Below, in pieces: positions 9,801 through 18,197 of a stretch of 64,000 nt of DNA. The DNA is taken from assembly GCA_021811615.1 (NCBI GenBank), contig JAJZNW010000077.1, forward strand, positions 6,145-70,144, read 5' to 3'. Below the pieces are notes generated by a model. The model was not told where the DNA came from. It saw only the letters and a program-made list of their open reading frames with translations, and did no database searches. The DNA is from Bacteroidota bacterium. Lineage in GTDB: Bacteria > Bacteroidota > Ignavibacteria > Kryptoniales > JAKASW01. The first letter of the stretch is position 1, and every line of letters begins with the position of its first letter. Both the position numbers and the translations under genes were made by a program.

Positions 9801-10173
9801 CCGACTTTCCAGATGCGGAGAGTACGAATTCGCCCGGCTCCATCTTCGCCGTTATGTACGTTCTTGTGCCAAGTGCAAAAGAATTCTTCACGGAGAAGGC
9901 GATCATCAAAAGGATGATCGGAAAGATGACCCGGACTTCTCTTCTCACGAATCTGAGACGCCGCAAGAACCGCCTTCCATCTTTGGTTCTCGAAGCTCCC
10001 TCCACGGTTTCGGGTGCAGTTGTAGTTTTGCTACACTGAGTCATTCGAAAAGCCGCGGAAAACCACAGAGAATCCCTTCTCCGTTCTCCGTTCTCCGTTT
10101 CCCGTTCTCCGTTCTTCGTTGTCATCTCTCCGTTCTCCGTTTTCCGTTCCCCGTTTATCGCGTCAGTTTTCAA
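6883..10173 (-). CDS. GH115 alpha-glucuronidase (copy 1), start uncertain
   Basis: GVSPWYWW, FRGIFLNDE, LRLKANYLWPAMW, GTSHQEPMMR, DDNYG, GIYYHFD and WIVNVG motifs. The N-terminal ~70 aa are partly repeat-derived and precede the signal peptide. Confidence 0.92.
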   Translation of the reverse strand: MKTDAINGERKTENGEMTTKNGERETENGERRRDSLWFSAAFRMTQCSKTTTAPETVEGASRTKDGRRFLRRLRFVRREVRVIFPIILLMIAFSVKNSFALGTRTYITAKMEPGEFVLSASGKSAPLCVSANDHWGVKHALKDLQSDITKVTGSEPQLFTGNPPKVKEIVVAGTIGKSSLIDELIKERKINVRQIDGKWESFIIEVVNRPFPGVDRALVIVGSDMLGTIYGIYDVSEKIGVSPWYWWDNVPPQHHAALYVKPGTFEEGPPTVKFRGIFLNDEAPDLTNWVIHRYGYVKPGENPPIPPGVANYGHKFYEHVFDLLLRLKANYLWPAMWNNAFNEDDSLNPVLANKYGIYMGTSHQEPMMRAQKEWDRRYMKTLGSWNFAKYPDTLINFWKAGIERNKNYREIVTIGLRGENDTPMIPGGTLKQDTTLLGKIVRVQEKILADEMNADPARIRQLWCPYSEVLSYFNAGFRVPGYVTILWPDDNYGDLRRLPTPAERKWSGGAGIYYHFDFHGGPRCYEWINTNALPKIWDQMTLANEYGANRIWIVNVGHLKGYSLPISYFMNLAWDVKRWTNSNIVEFARLWARQQFGPKYENEIAHILMTYSKYNARKKPELLSPTTYSIVNYNEAENVVGDYKALTKEAEKIYAELPADERDAFYETVLFPTKASCILNDLYYAAGRNELYAKQGRATADDMASRTHRLFDKEMSLINYFNDTLAHGEWHGFMDQPVLGYTSWNQPRENSLSAIHLEEVNPPDSALMGIAIQGSSDAWPGVDSGNSKPQATPVLPQFDPYDRQTCHIDVFNRGKLPYDYTIRSGEPYVRISPENGEVTGQRRVYVTVDWKKAPAGTHTVPIYISQNGTQNRVTVFAKVSDPSYPKRNDVKGFVEGDGFVSIEAAHYTALTGQGKNRWINVQDYGRTLSGMRATSPVDYPAAVPGKNAPCLEYRMYLFDSGKVDVEGIFGPSLNFNPAHGLKYAVAFDNQPPKIVTLVPKNYNSWGFNFNWALSAMDNARYSDTSLKVAKPGYHTLKIWMVNPGLVLEKIVVKCGPQPHPQPKPADGKRPFMRFVNMRKSYLGPPESFHRDVMNER
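10079..10156 (-). repeat. Heptamer tandem repeat array (consensus GAGAACG on the coding strand) at the GH115/GH115 junction
   Basis: Plus strand: ctccgtt ctccgtt ctccgtt tcccgtt ctccgtt cttcgtt ... ctccgtt ctccgtt ttccgtt ccccgtt. Confidence 0.85.
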
Positions 10174-10176
10174 ATT

Positions 10177-13167
10177 TCATCTCTCATTTCTAACGTCCCG
10201 ATGAAAACTTTCCGGCGGTCCGAGATAGCTCTTTCTTACTTCGCCGGCGTTAACCACAATTTTTTCCAGCACAACGCCCGGGTCGACCATCCATATCTTC
10301 AGAATATGATACCCCGGTTTGTCGATGTCGAAAGAAGTGAAGCTCTTCCTGACATTATCCTCGACGGTCTTGTTCCAGTCGGCACCGGAACCGGCATCAT
10401 AATCTGCAGGGACAAGCGTGACGGTTTTCGGAGCGCCGTTGTCGATGGAGATTGCATACTGAAGTCCGCGGCCCGGCATAAAATTCAGAGTCGGGCTGAA
10501 AATTCCTTCCACATCGACCTTACCCGAGTTGAACAAAAACATTCTGTACTCGAGGCATGGAGAATCTTTTCCCGGCACCGCGGGCGGAGCGTCAACAGGC
10601 GAGATCGCCCGCATCCCCGAAAGCGTGTTTCCGTAACCCTGGATATTTATCCACCGGTTTTTGCCTGCGCCGGTGAGCCCGGAATAATGGGCCGCTTCAA
10701 TCGAGACGCATCCGTCCTCTTCCACAAAACCTCTGAGCGTTTTTCGGGTTACCGCTGAAGGATTTTCCACATTCACCCTGACCGGCACCTGCTCACCGGT
10801 CCCACGGATCGTCACCGTCCCGTGCGATGAACCTTCAGGGACCTTGCCCCAGTCTATGCCGACCATGAGACGCGTTTGTCCGTGAACTTCTCCCTTCGGA
10901 TGAGAAACGGTAATCCACGGTTTGTCGGCGACGGCGGTGTACTCAAAGGGCTTTTTGCCTTTGTTAAACACATCTATATAATGACGAGTCTCATTGAACG
11001 GATCGAAACCGGGGAGAACGGGCTGTGCGGCCGGTCCCGGCCATGCCGACTCGGATCCATCAACGGCAACCCCCATCGATGCGGCATCAGGAACGGAAAT
11101 GTTCTTAAGGTCGACCGCATCGAGATTGTTCTCGCGAGGCTGGTTCCAGCCCGTGTATCCGATGAAAGGCTGATCCATGAAGCCGTCCCACTTGGCGTGA
11201 TCGAAAGTATGATTGAAATATCCCATCAGGCTTGTGTCGGCAGCGAACAGCTTGCGTGTCCTCGCGGCCATTTCGCCGGTCGTCGCGCGCCCCTGGCTGG
11301 CGTACAGCTCGTTCCGGCCAGCCGCATAGTACATGTCGTTGAGGATATACGATGCCTTTGTCGGGAAGAGGACGAGTTCATAAAACGCTTTCTTCTCGCC
11401 GACGGGAATCTCCCTGTAAATCCTCTCCGCTTCGTCCGTGATCTTTTTGAATTTCCCGACGACATTTGCCGCTTCGTTGTAATTGACGGTGCTGTAAGTA
11501 GTCGGGCTGAGAAGCTCGGGTTTGCGCCTGCTGTTGTATTTCGAATATTTCAGGAGGATATTCGCGATCTGGCCGGCGTACCTTTCACCGAACTGCTGAC
11601 GCGCCCACATGCGGGCATACTCGTCGATATTGTTGTTCGTCCATCGGTTCGTGTTCCATGCGAGGTCCATGAAATATGAAATGGGGAGCTCATATCCTTT
11701 CAGGTGTCCGACGTTGACGATCCAGATTCGGTCGGCGCCGTACTCTTTCGCGAGGGACATCTGGTCCCATATTTTGGGAAGTGCGTTGGTATTGATCCAC
11801 TGGTAGTTTCTCGGCCCGCCGTGATAGTCGAAATGATAATAGATGCCGGCACCGCCGCTCCGTTTTCTTTCGGCCGCGTCGGGGAGGCGGCGGAGGTTTC
11901 CGTAATTGTCGTCGGTCCAGAGAATCGTGACGTAGTTCGGGACACGGAAACCGGCATTGTAGTAACTCAGGACTTCTTTGTATGGACACCAGAGCTGTGG
12001 GATATTTGCAACGTCCGGGTTCATGTACTTTGCAAGTATCTTTTCCTGCACCCGGACGATCTTGCCGAGGAGGGTCGTGTCCTGCGTGAGTGTTCCGCCG
12101 GGAATCATGGGAGAATCGTTCTCGCCCCGGAGACCGATGGTGACAATCTCGCTGTAGTTCTTGTTCCGCTCGATGCCGTGCTTCCAGAAATTTATGAGCG
12201 TATCGGGATACTTTGCGAAGTTCCACGAACCGAGTGTTCTCATGTACCGCCTGTCCCATTCCTTCTGAGCACGCATCATGGGTTCCTGATGCGACGTGCC
12301 CATGTAGATGCCGTACTTGTTCGCCATGACGGGGTTCAGCGTGTCGTCTTCGTTGAAGGCGTTGTTCCACATCGCGGGCCAGAGATAGTTGGCCTTCAAA
12401 CGGAGAAGAAGATCGAAGACTCTCTCGTAGAACCTGTGTCCGTAATTCGCGACGTATGGAGGAACCGGCGGATGAACGCTCTGCTTCGCGAATCCGTAGC
12501 GGTGGATAACCCAGTTCGTAAGGTCGGGCCACTCGTCGTTCAGAAAGATACCGCGGTACTTGACGGAAGGCGGGCCCTCTTCGAAAGTCCCGGGCTTAAC
12601 GTAAAGAGCGTCGCGGTGTTTAGGCGAAACGTCAGCCCACCAGTACCATGGCGAGACGCCGATCTTCTCAGAAACGTCATAGATGCCGTAGATAGTACCG
12701 AGTTTGTCGCTCCCGGCGATCACCAGCGCACGATCGACGCCGTGGAACGGTTTGTCGACGACTTTTATTATGAAAGACTCCCATTTACCTTCGATTTCCC
12801 TTACGTCGATTTTCTTTTCATCGACCAGCCTGGTTATGAGCGGACTTTTGCCGATCGTACCAGCGACGACAATGTCCTTAGCAGACGGAAGTTTGGCCGT
12901 CGACAGTTCGGGCTTCGATCCCGTTACTTTTGCTATGTCGGATTGCAGATCGGTAAGTGCGTGAATTACTCCCCAGTAGTCTTCGGAGCTCACGCACAGC
13001 GGCGCCGATTTGCCGGATGCGGAGAGAACAAACTCACCCGGTTCTTTTTCTGTGGTGATATATGTCTTCGCGCCGAGGGCGAACGAATCACGCGGAATGG
13101 AAAGGAAGATTGCAATGGTGACGGCGGCGCCGAACGCCGATGAGCAAAAGATTTTCAGGATTTTCAT
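10177..13167 (-). CDS. GH115 alpha-glucuronidase (copy 2)
   Basis: Same GH115 motifs as copy 1 (YRGIFLNDE, KANYLWPAMW, GTSHQEP, YYHFDYHG) with a clean signal peptide. Long near-identical stretches shared with copy 1. Confidence 0.93.
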   Translation of the reverse strand: MKILKIFCSSAFGAAVTIAIFLSIPRDSFALGAKTYITTEKEPGEFVLSASGKSAPLCVSSEDYWGVIHALTDLQSDIAKVTGSKPELSTAKLPSAKDIVVAGTIGKSPLITRLVDEKKIDVREIEGKWESFIIKVVDKPFHGVDRALVIAGSDKLGTIYGIYDVSEKIGVSPWYWWADVSPKHRDALYVKPGTFEEGPPSVKYRGIFLNDEWPDLTNWVIHRYGFAKQSVHPPVPPYVANYGHRFYERVFDLLLRLKANYLWPAMWNNAFNEDDTLNPVMANKYGIYMGTSHQEPMMRAQKEWDRRYMRTLGSWNFAKYPDTLINFWKHGIERNKNYSEIVTIGLRGENDSPMIPGGTLTQDTTLLGKIVRVQEKILAKYMNPDVANIPQLWCPYKEVLSYYNAGFRVPNYVTILWTDDNYGNLRRLPDAAERKRSGGAGIYYHFDYHGGPRNYQWINTNALPKIWDQMSLAKEYGADRIWIVNVGHLKGYELPISYFMDLAWNTNRWTNNNIDEYARMWARQQFGERYAGQIANILLKYSKYNSRRKPELLSPTTYSTVNYNEAANVVGKFKKITDEAERIYREIPVGEKKAFYELVLFPTKASYILNDMYYAAGRNELYASQGRATTGEMAARTRKLFAADTSLMGYFNHTFDHAKWDGFMDQPFIGYTGWNQPRENNLDAVDLKNISVPDAASMGVAVDGSESAWPGPAAQPVLPGFDPFNETRHYIDVFNKGKKPFEYTAVADKPWITVSHPKGEVHGQTRLMVGIDWGKVPEGSSHGTVTIRGTGEQVPVRVNVENPSAVTRKTLRGFVEEDGCVSIEAAHYSGLTGAGKNRWINIQGYGNTLSGMRAISPVDAPPAVPGKDSPCLEYRMFLFNSGKVDVEGIFSPTLNFMPGRGLQYAISIDNGAPKTVTLVPADYDAGSGADWNKTVEDNVRKSFTSFDIDKPGYHILKIWMVDPGVVLEKIVVNAGEVRKSYLGPPESFHRDVRNER

Positions 13168-13210
13168 TTTCGTGCTCGACTCGTTTACTTGTCTTCATTT
13201 GGGAAAGAAT

Positions 13211-13282
13211 ATGTCACCCCTAAAGGGGCTCCGACGGAAGGCTTGCTGCCTCTTTCTACAAACATGTCGTCCTTATGGGACT
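13211..13282. repeat. Pair of REP-like mini-hairpins
   Basis: atgtcacccctaaaggggct (13211-13230) and atgtcgtccttatgggact (13264-13282), in the same orientation. Confidence 0.6.
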
Positions 13283-13368
13283 CGATGAAGATTTTGTCAG
13301 GTACCCATAGATTCTACGTTCCATCGACCTACCGCAAGTCATTATTCCGAGAAACGTCTCGCGTCGGA

Positions 13369-13401
13369 CAGTATTCCATCATTCCAGTATTCCATTATTC
13401 C
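13369..13401 (-). repeat. Octamer tandem repeat (GAATnnTG on the coding strand) downstream of GH8
   Basis: Plus strand: cagtattc catcattc cagtattc cattattc. Confidence 0.75.
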
Positions 13402-13428
13402 TCAATTGCCTGAAACAGTCAGGCTGTC

Positions 13429-14700
13429 TTACCTTCCAGCTGGAGCGTAAATTCTGAAATTTCCGCTGACCTGGAGCATGCCCAGCATGTACAACATACC
13501 ATCGTAATACCTGTAGTAACCCGACGGGATGGGAGCATCCCATAAAGCCTTGACAAATTCCTTCCGGTTCTTATTGGTCGATGCAAGTGCCGCGACTGCG
13601 TTCATCGACACCAGACCGGTACTGTGATTTTTCCCAAGCTCCTTGCCGCTCAGCGTGTACTGGTTGCCGTAAGTATTTATTCCCTGGCTGCTGAAGAAAT
13701 TGAGAAGCCTGTTGCACTCGGTGACCTCCCAAGGATCCGTCCCGAACCATTCGTGATCGACGGCAGCGTTCATACCGACGCGCCACGCGTCGAAGCGAAA
13801 ATCGTTGTGCCCGCCGAACCATGATTTGACGGCGGTCCCGTTGAAATTACAGTAGTCCGGGCACAAGCCGGTTTGAGGATTCGCCGCGTTCCTCAGGAGT
13901 TCGCGGCTCGAGTCGGCGGCGTCGCGCCAGAAATAATTATCCCGGTCGGCAAATCTCGCCCATAGCTCGTAGAAATGCGGAAGCTGGTACGACGGATCGG
14001 TGAATCTATCGGCACGTTTCGCTGGAACGAACACGACGAGCTTCTTCTCTTTATTGAACATGTCGGTCACCCTTCCGCGATCCGGCTGAGAATCCTTCTG
14101 AAGCATCGTATTGAGTATGTCCTGTGCCTGCTTCCCGTAATCGTAAATCCCTTTCCCGTTCCCCCATCTCGCGGAAGCGAAGAAGAGCGACATGACAAAC
14201 CAAGACTCACCGTCGGAAGCCGCATTTGAATCGAGGACAGTTCCGTCGGGCTTGCAATGCCATGCGAAGTATCCCTTATGCGGACCGCTCTTGTTCTGCA
14301 TGTAAGTCTTTGCCCACTTCCATATTCTGTCGAAGACATCCTTCCTGTTCATCTGGACGGCGATCATCATACCGTAGGACATGCCTTCGGTGCGGACATC
14401 GTGGTCGCTGACGTCTTTGATATATCCCATATCTTTCCCGACGGGATAGTAGACCCGCTGCGTGGAATCGTTTCCGAAGAAGAGCTGATGAAATGCGGCG
14501 TCCACCCTCCCCTCCACCTCGGCATCGCTTTTATGGAGGAGGCTGACAAAAAGATCGGGATACTTCCCGGTGGTAAACGATCCCCTGCCTTTGCCGCCGG
14601 ACAGGACCGAAGCGCGCGCGTCTTTGCTCACGGAGAAAAGGACGCCGGCTATGATCAGAAGGCACAGGGCGAAGTGCTTTACGAGAGTTTTGTTATTCAT
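13429..14700 (-). CDS. GH8 xylanase / reducing-end exo-oligoxylanase-like, secreted
   Basis: DVRTEGMSYGMM, ASDGESW, FTDPSYQLPHFY, FRFDAWR and RYYDGMLY motifs. Start placed at MNNKT (14700), just before the signal peptide. Confidence 0.9.
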   Translation of the reverse strand: MNNKTLVKHFALCLLIIAGVLFSVSKDARASVLSGGKGRGSFTTGKYPDLFVSLLHKSDAEVEGRVDAAFHQLFFGNDSTQRVYYPVGKDMGYIKDVSDHDVRTEGMSYGMMIAVQMNRKDVFDRIWKWAKTYMQNKSGPHKGYFAWHCKPDGTVLDSNAASDGESWFVMSLFFASARWGNGKGIYDYGKQAQDILNTMLQKDSQPDRGRVTDMFNKEKKLVVFVPAKRADRFTDPSYQLPHFYELWARFADRDNYFWRDAADSSRELLRNAANPQTGLCPDYCNFNGTAVKSWFGGHNDFRFDAWRVGMNAAVDHEWFGTDPWEVTECNRLLNFFSSQGINTYGNQYTLSGKELGKNHSTGLVSMNAVAALASTNKNRKEFVKALWDAPIPSGYYRYYDGMLYMLGMLQVSGNFRIYAPAGR

Positions 14701-14761
14701 GTTTTCGACGTGAAGTTTGATTGGTTTTATTTTTATCCGTGCCGAAGAAAAATCCCACCCC

Positions 14762-14798
14762 AAAAAAGTACACCGGCTCCGGACAAAGCCGGAGCCGG
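14762..14798 (-). terminator. Probable intrinsic terminator or stabilising hairpin
   Basis: 10-bp stem ccggctccgg/ccggagccgg followed on the minus strand by TGTACTTTTTT. Confidence 0.65.
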
Positions 14799-14821
14799 CA
14801 TACTAACCATAGGGAGGATAC

Positions 14822-17800
14822 TTACTTGATTAACATCATTTTGTCCACATGAACGTAGCTGCCCGCTACGAGTCTCACGAAGTAGACTCCGCTGGCAAAT
14901 TTATCCATGCTGAAGTTCACCTTGTACATTCCTGCGGCCTGGTTGCCGTTTACAAGCGTGGCCACCTGTCTGCCGAGTACGTCGTAGACCGTGAGGGTGA
15001 CATGAGAAGCTTTCGGCAACGCGTACTGGATCACCGTCGAAGGATTGAACGGGTTCGGGTAGTTCTGATCCAGAGCGAAGGCTTTGGGCACTCCCGCGCT
15101 GGACCCGCTCTCGACACCGGTGACAGTGGGCGGTGCCGCCATCGTGACTTCCACGTTGCTCACGTTCATGGCGGTGACACCCGACTCCTTAGCAAGGCCC
15201 AGGATAACGCTGTTAAACTGGGTGGTAATCGGGCTATGATCATCCACTGTAGTCTGTCCGAACGAGTAATTGCCGGGGTTCGCGCTGTCGGCAATTTCAA
15301 AGCCTACGTCCTGCGCGCCGCTGGCCGTCGGTGCAATGGATATTTCGAAGGTGTACGTGCCGGGTCCTGCAGTCGCGCCTGCGGGTTTCAAGACGCCATC
15401 GCCAAGGACATATCCGCTGTTCGTACTGTCCCAGACACCGTTAACAACACCGCCCCATGAGCCGGAGGTATTGCCGTACCATGTCATCGGTCCGCCCGAG
15501 CCGCTCATCGGGATGAAAAGGTAACCTGAATTTGCGGAATCGGCTCCGGACCAGACCTGGCTTGTATCGGCGGACGTATCCACCTGCACTGTTCCAGGAT
15601 CTTTGCTGTTGAACAGTCCAAGACGGAACTCTCCTGTCTTGAAACCGCCGCCGACAAATTGGACATCACCCGTTATCACCAGCGTGGAATCTTTGCCGTT
15701 GATGGGAGAAGCCGGCGCGTAAAATCCGGCGCGAACGGCGACGGGACCGGTCATGGCAGAGCCGCCGATCGTGGCGTTACCGGTAAGCGGAGTTCTAAGA
15801 CCCCAACCTCCGGTACGGCTGCCATAGAATCCCCAGTCGCTCGTCAGTATGTAATAGTTTGTCCATGGTGCACGCGGAATACTGATCGGGGTCCCCATGT
15901 TGACTTCAGCATTCTGGACATCGAATTCGGTTTCAGTGCCGCCTTTTATCCAGAATCCGATGCCATTGAATTTGTGGGTGAACGCAGGAGCATCAACAAC
16001 ACCGCCAATCCAATAGCTGTTATTTGTTGCGATCAGATACCATCTTACCTCATTGGTGGTGTCGTTTATTTGCTCGACCGAAATAGCCCAGTTGTATGTT
16101 CCTGTCGCCATTGATGCATTTGGAGGGGCCGGGTCCACAACCGACCCAATGACTCCGCCTCCGTTACCATAGGTACTGGGCCACTCACCATTACTGACTC
16201 CCCATACGGAACCATCGCCACCGCCGCCGTTTGGCTGGACGCTATGATCGCCGCTTCTCGGTGTGAATTCGTAACCGTAGTAACGGTTGTCAGGACCTAC
16301 CCAGCTGGCTGTGTCCGTGTATTGATTCTGTAAAGTTATGCTGTCTGAATTGAAAATGGCGAAACGGACCGGAGTATAATCAATGCCGGGGCCGCCGCCA
16401 ACAAATTTAAGCTGACCGCTCACTATGATAGCCTTGCCTGTGGGTATGTCGAAGGATTGACCAAAACCGCCGACGAGGTCGGCTCCGTTCGATCCGACAG
16501 CCATGGTGTCTGAAGTACCGGCAATACTTGCGTTACCGATGACAGTGGAAGAATCGTTCATTATCGGCCAGCCCTTTCCGAATCCATCGCCTGTTACGCC
16601 CCATTCTGAAATGTAGAATGAGGAGAACGGAGCAGTCGGAACCGTGATTGGGTTGCCCATCTGAGCCTTGACACCAGAGACTGCGAATTGACTTTCTGTA
16701 CCGCCTTTCATCCAGAATCCTACATAATTGAATTTACTAGTCATCGCAGGGGCATCGACCGTACCCCCAAACCAGTAACTGTTGTCAGACTTGACTATGT
16801 ACCAGCTTACCTGATTTGTTGTGTCATTTATCTGCATTACCGAAATAGCCCAGCTGTACGTTCCTGCCGACATTGACGCGCCGATAGGAGCCTGGTTGAC
16901 TACCGGTCCAATGACTCCACCGCCATTACCATAGGTGCTGGCCCATTCACCGTTTTGAACTCCCCAGACCGAACCGTCACCGCCGCCGCCGTTTGGCTGG
17001 AGAGCGTGACTGGAGCCGCTTCTTGGTGTAAACTCGTACCCATAGTAACGATTGGCGGGACCTGCCCAACTTGCTGAGTCGGTGTACTGATTCTGGAGGC
17101 TCACGCTGTCTGAATACATCAAGGCAAAACGAAGCGGGGTATAGTCAGCGCCGGGGGCTCCGCCTACGAATTGAAGTTGTCCGGTGACAACCACAGCCTG
17201 GCTGGTGGTTGCCGTAAGAGTATCGAAACCGCCTACCAAATCCGCTCCATTGGATCCGACGGCCATCGTATCAGAAGTGCCGCCGATACTCGCGTTGCCG
17301 GAATCCGCAGCTGAAGCGCCATATTGCATCATTGGCCAGCCCTTTCCGAATCCGTCGGCTGTTACACCCCACTGAGTGACAGTGGCAGGATTGATAGGAG
17401 CGGAGAGGGTTATGTCGTCGACATAGAAAGTGTCGAGCGCAGTGGAATCAGCGTGTGTCGCTTTCGGGATGGCCTGAATACCGATCCTGAGAACAGCCGT
17501 ATTGATGGAATCAAACTTGATTCCAACCAGGTTCCACTGATTTGCCTTTAGATCGCTGACTGGGATTAACTTACCGTTCCAGCCACTCCAATTGTTGTCC
17601 TGCCAGTACAATTGGTACTCCGACGTGTGCGTCGTATCGCTGACAGTTGGATATACCCAGAAAGAAAGACTATCATGAAGCGCGACCATAGACGGGCTAT
17701 CGAGTTGAAGATTGGGCTGCCAGCAACTGTCGCCCTTTTCCACTACAGCGCACTTGGTTCCGCCATGAGCGAATGAAACGGTGGTATCTGCCACATATGG

Positions 17801-17959
17801 GGCGGTACCGCTCTGATAGGCTCCTGCCCCGTACCAGCTTTGCAGGCCAGATTCGAAGTTCCAAGTTTGTACCGTGGAATAAGTCTGCGCCTGAGAGGTG
17901 CTCATTCCTATCACTAGAAACAAGACGGCCGCTCCAAGCGAACGTACAAACGTTTTCAT
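14822..17959 (-). CDS. Secreted T9SS-tailed protein: CBM-like N-domain plus three ~256-aa internal repeats
   Basis: Signal peptide, then WNFESG...FYVDDITL jelly-roll-like domain. The repeat-start Trp codons lie at 17371, 16603 and 15835. C-terminal tail FALDQNYPNPFNP...SGVYFVRL...KMMLIK. Confidence 0.85.
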   Translation of the reverse strand: MKTFVRSLGAAVLFLVIGMSTSQAQTYSTVQTWNFESGLQSWYGAGAYQSGTAPYVADTTVSFAHGGTKCAVVEKGDSCWQPNLQLDSPSMVALHDSLSFWVYPTVSDTTHTSEYQLYWQDNNWSGWNGKLIPVSDLKANQWNLVGIKFDSINTAVLRIGIQAIPKATHADSTALDTFYVDDITLSAPINPATVTQWGVTADGFGKGWPMMQYGASAADSGNASIGGTSDTMAVGSNGADLVGGFDTLTATTSQAVVVTGQLQFVGGAPGADYTPLRFALMYSDSVSLQNQYTDSASWAGPANRYYGYEFTPRSGSSHALQPNGGGGDGSVWGVQNGEWASTYGNGGGVIGPVVNQAPIGASMSAGTYSWAISVMQINDTTNQVSWYIVKSDNSYWFGGTVDAPAMTSKFNYVGFWMKGGTESQFAVSGVKAQMGNPITVPTAPFSSFYISEWGVTGDGFGKGWPIMNDSSTVIGNASIAGTSDTMAVGSNGADLVGGFGQSFDIPTGKAIIVSGQLKFVGGGPGIDYTPVRFAIFNSDSITLQNQYTDTASWVGPDNRYYGYEFTPRSGDHSVQPNGGGGDGSVWGVSNGEWPSTYGNGGGVIGSVVDPAPPNASMATGTYNWAISVEQINDTTNEVRWYLIATNNSYWIGGVVDAPAFTHKFNGIGFWIKGGTETEFDVQNAEVNMGTPISIPRAPWTNYYILTSDWGFYGSRTGGWGLRTPLTGNATIGGSAMTGPVAVRAGFYAPASPINGKDSTLVITGDVQFVGGGFKTGEFRLGLFNSKDPGTVQVDTSADTSQVWSGADSANSGYLFIPMSGSGGPMTWYGNTSGSWGGVVNGVWDSTNSGYVLGDGVLKPAGATAGPGTYTFEISIAPTASGAQDVGFEIADSANPGNYSFGQTTVDDHSPITTQFNSVILGLAKESGVTAMNVSNVEVTMAAPPTVTGVESGSSAGVPKAFALDQNYPNPFNPSTVIQYALPKASHVTLTVYDVLGRQVATLVNGNQAAGMYKVNFSMDKFASGVYFVRLVAGSYVHVDKMMLIK

Positions 17960-18197
17960 TGTTCCTCCAACATTTTTTGTGTTTACTCAAATCGAGAAGA
18001 AGTCCGCGTCTCCTCACGTCCGGTGAGGGAGCCCGACTTCACATCAAACACAATTCTGAAACGACTCATCCCAAAAGCGTGAAGAGTCGAACTCATATCA
18101 GCTCGTAGTCTTACAAGCCTTAATCTTATCACCTCCTTCTCCAATTGATAGGAAGCCGCGACACACATAAGGATGCGTGCCGCGCTCCAATTCTCAT

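Noticed and set aside
1329-13143. Long plus-strand ORFs (1329-2729, 3620-4564, 7237-8790, 11704-13143) and similar shadows elsewhere
   Set aside because: They are antisense to well-supported CAZyme genes, carry no motifs, and are expected from codon bias.
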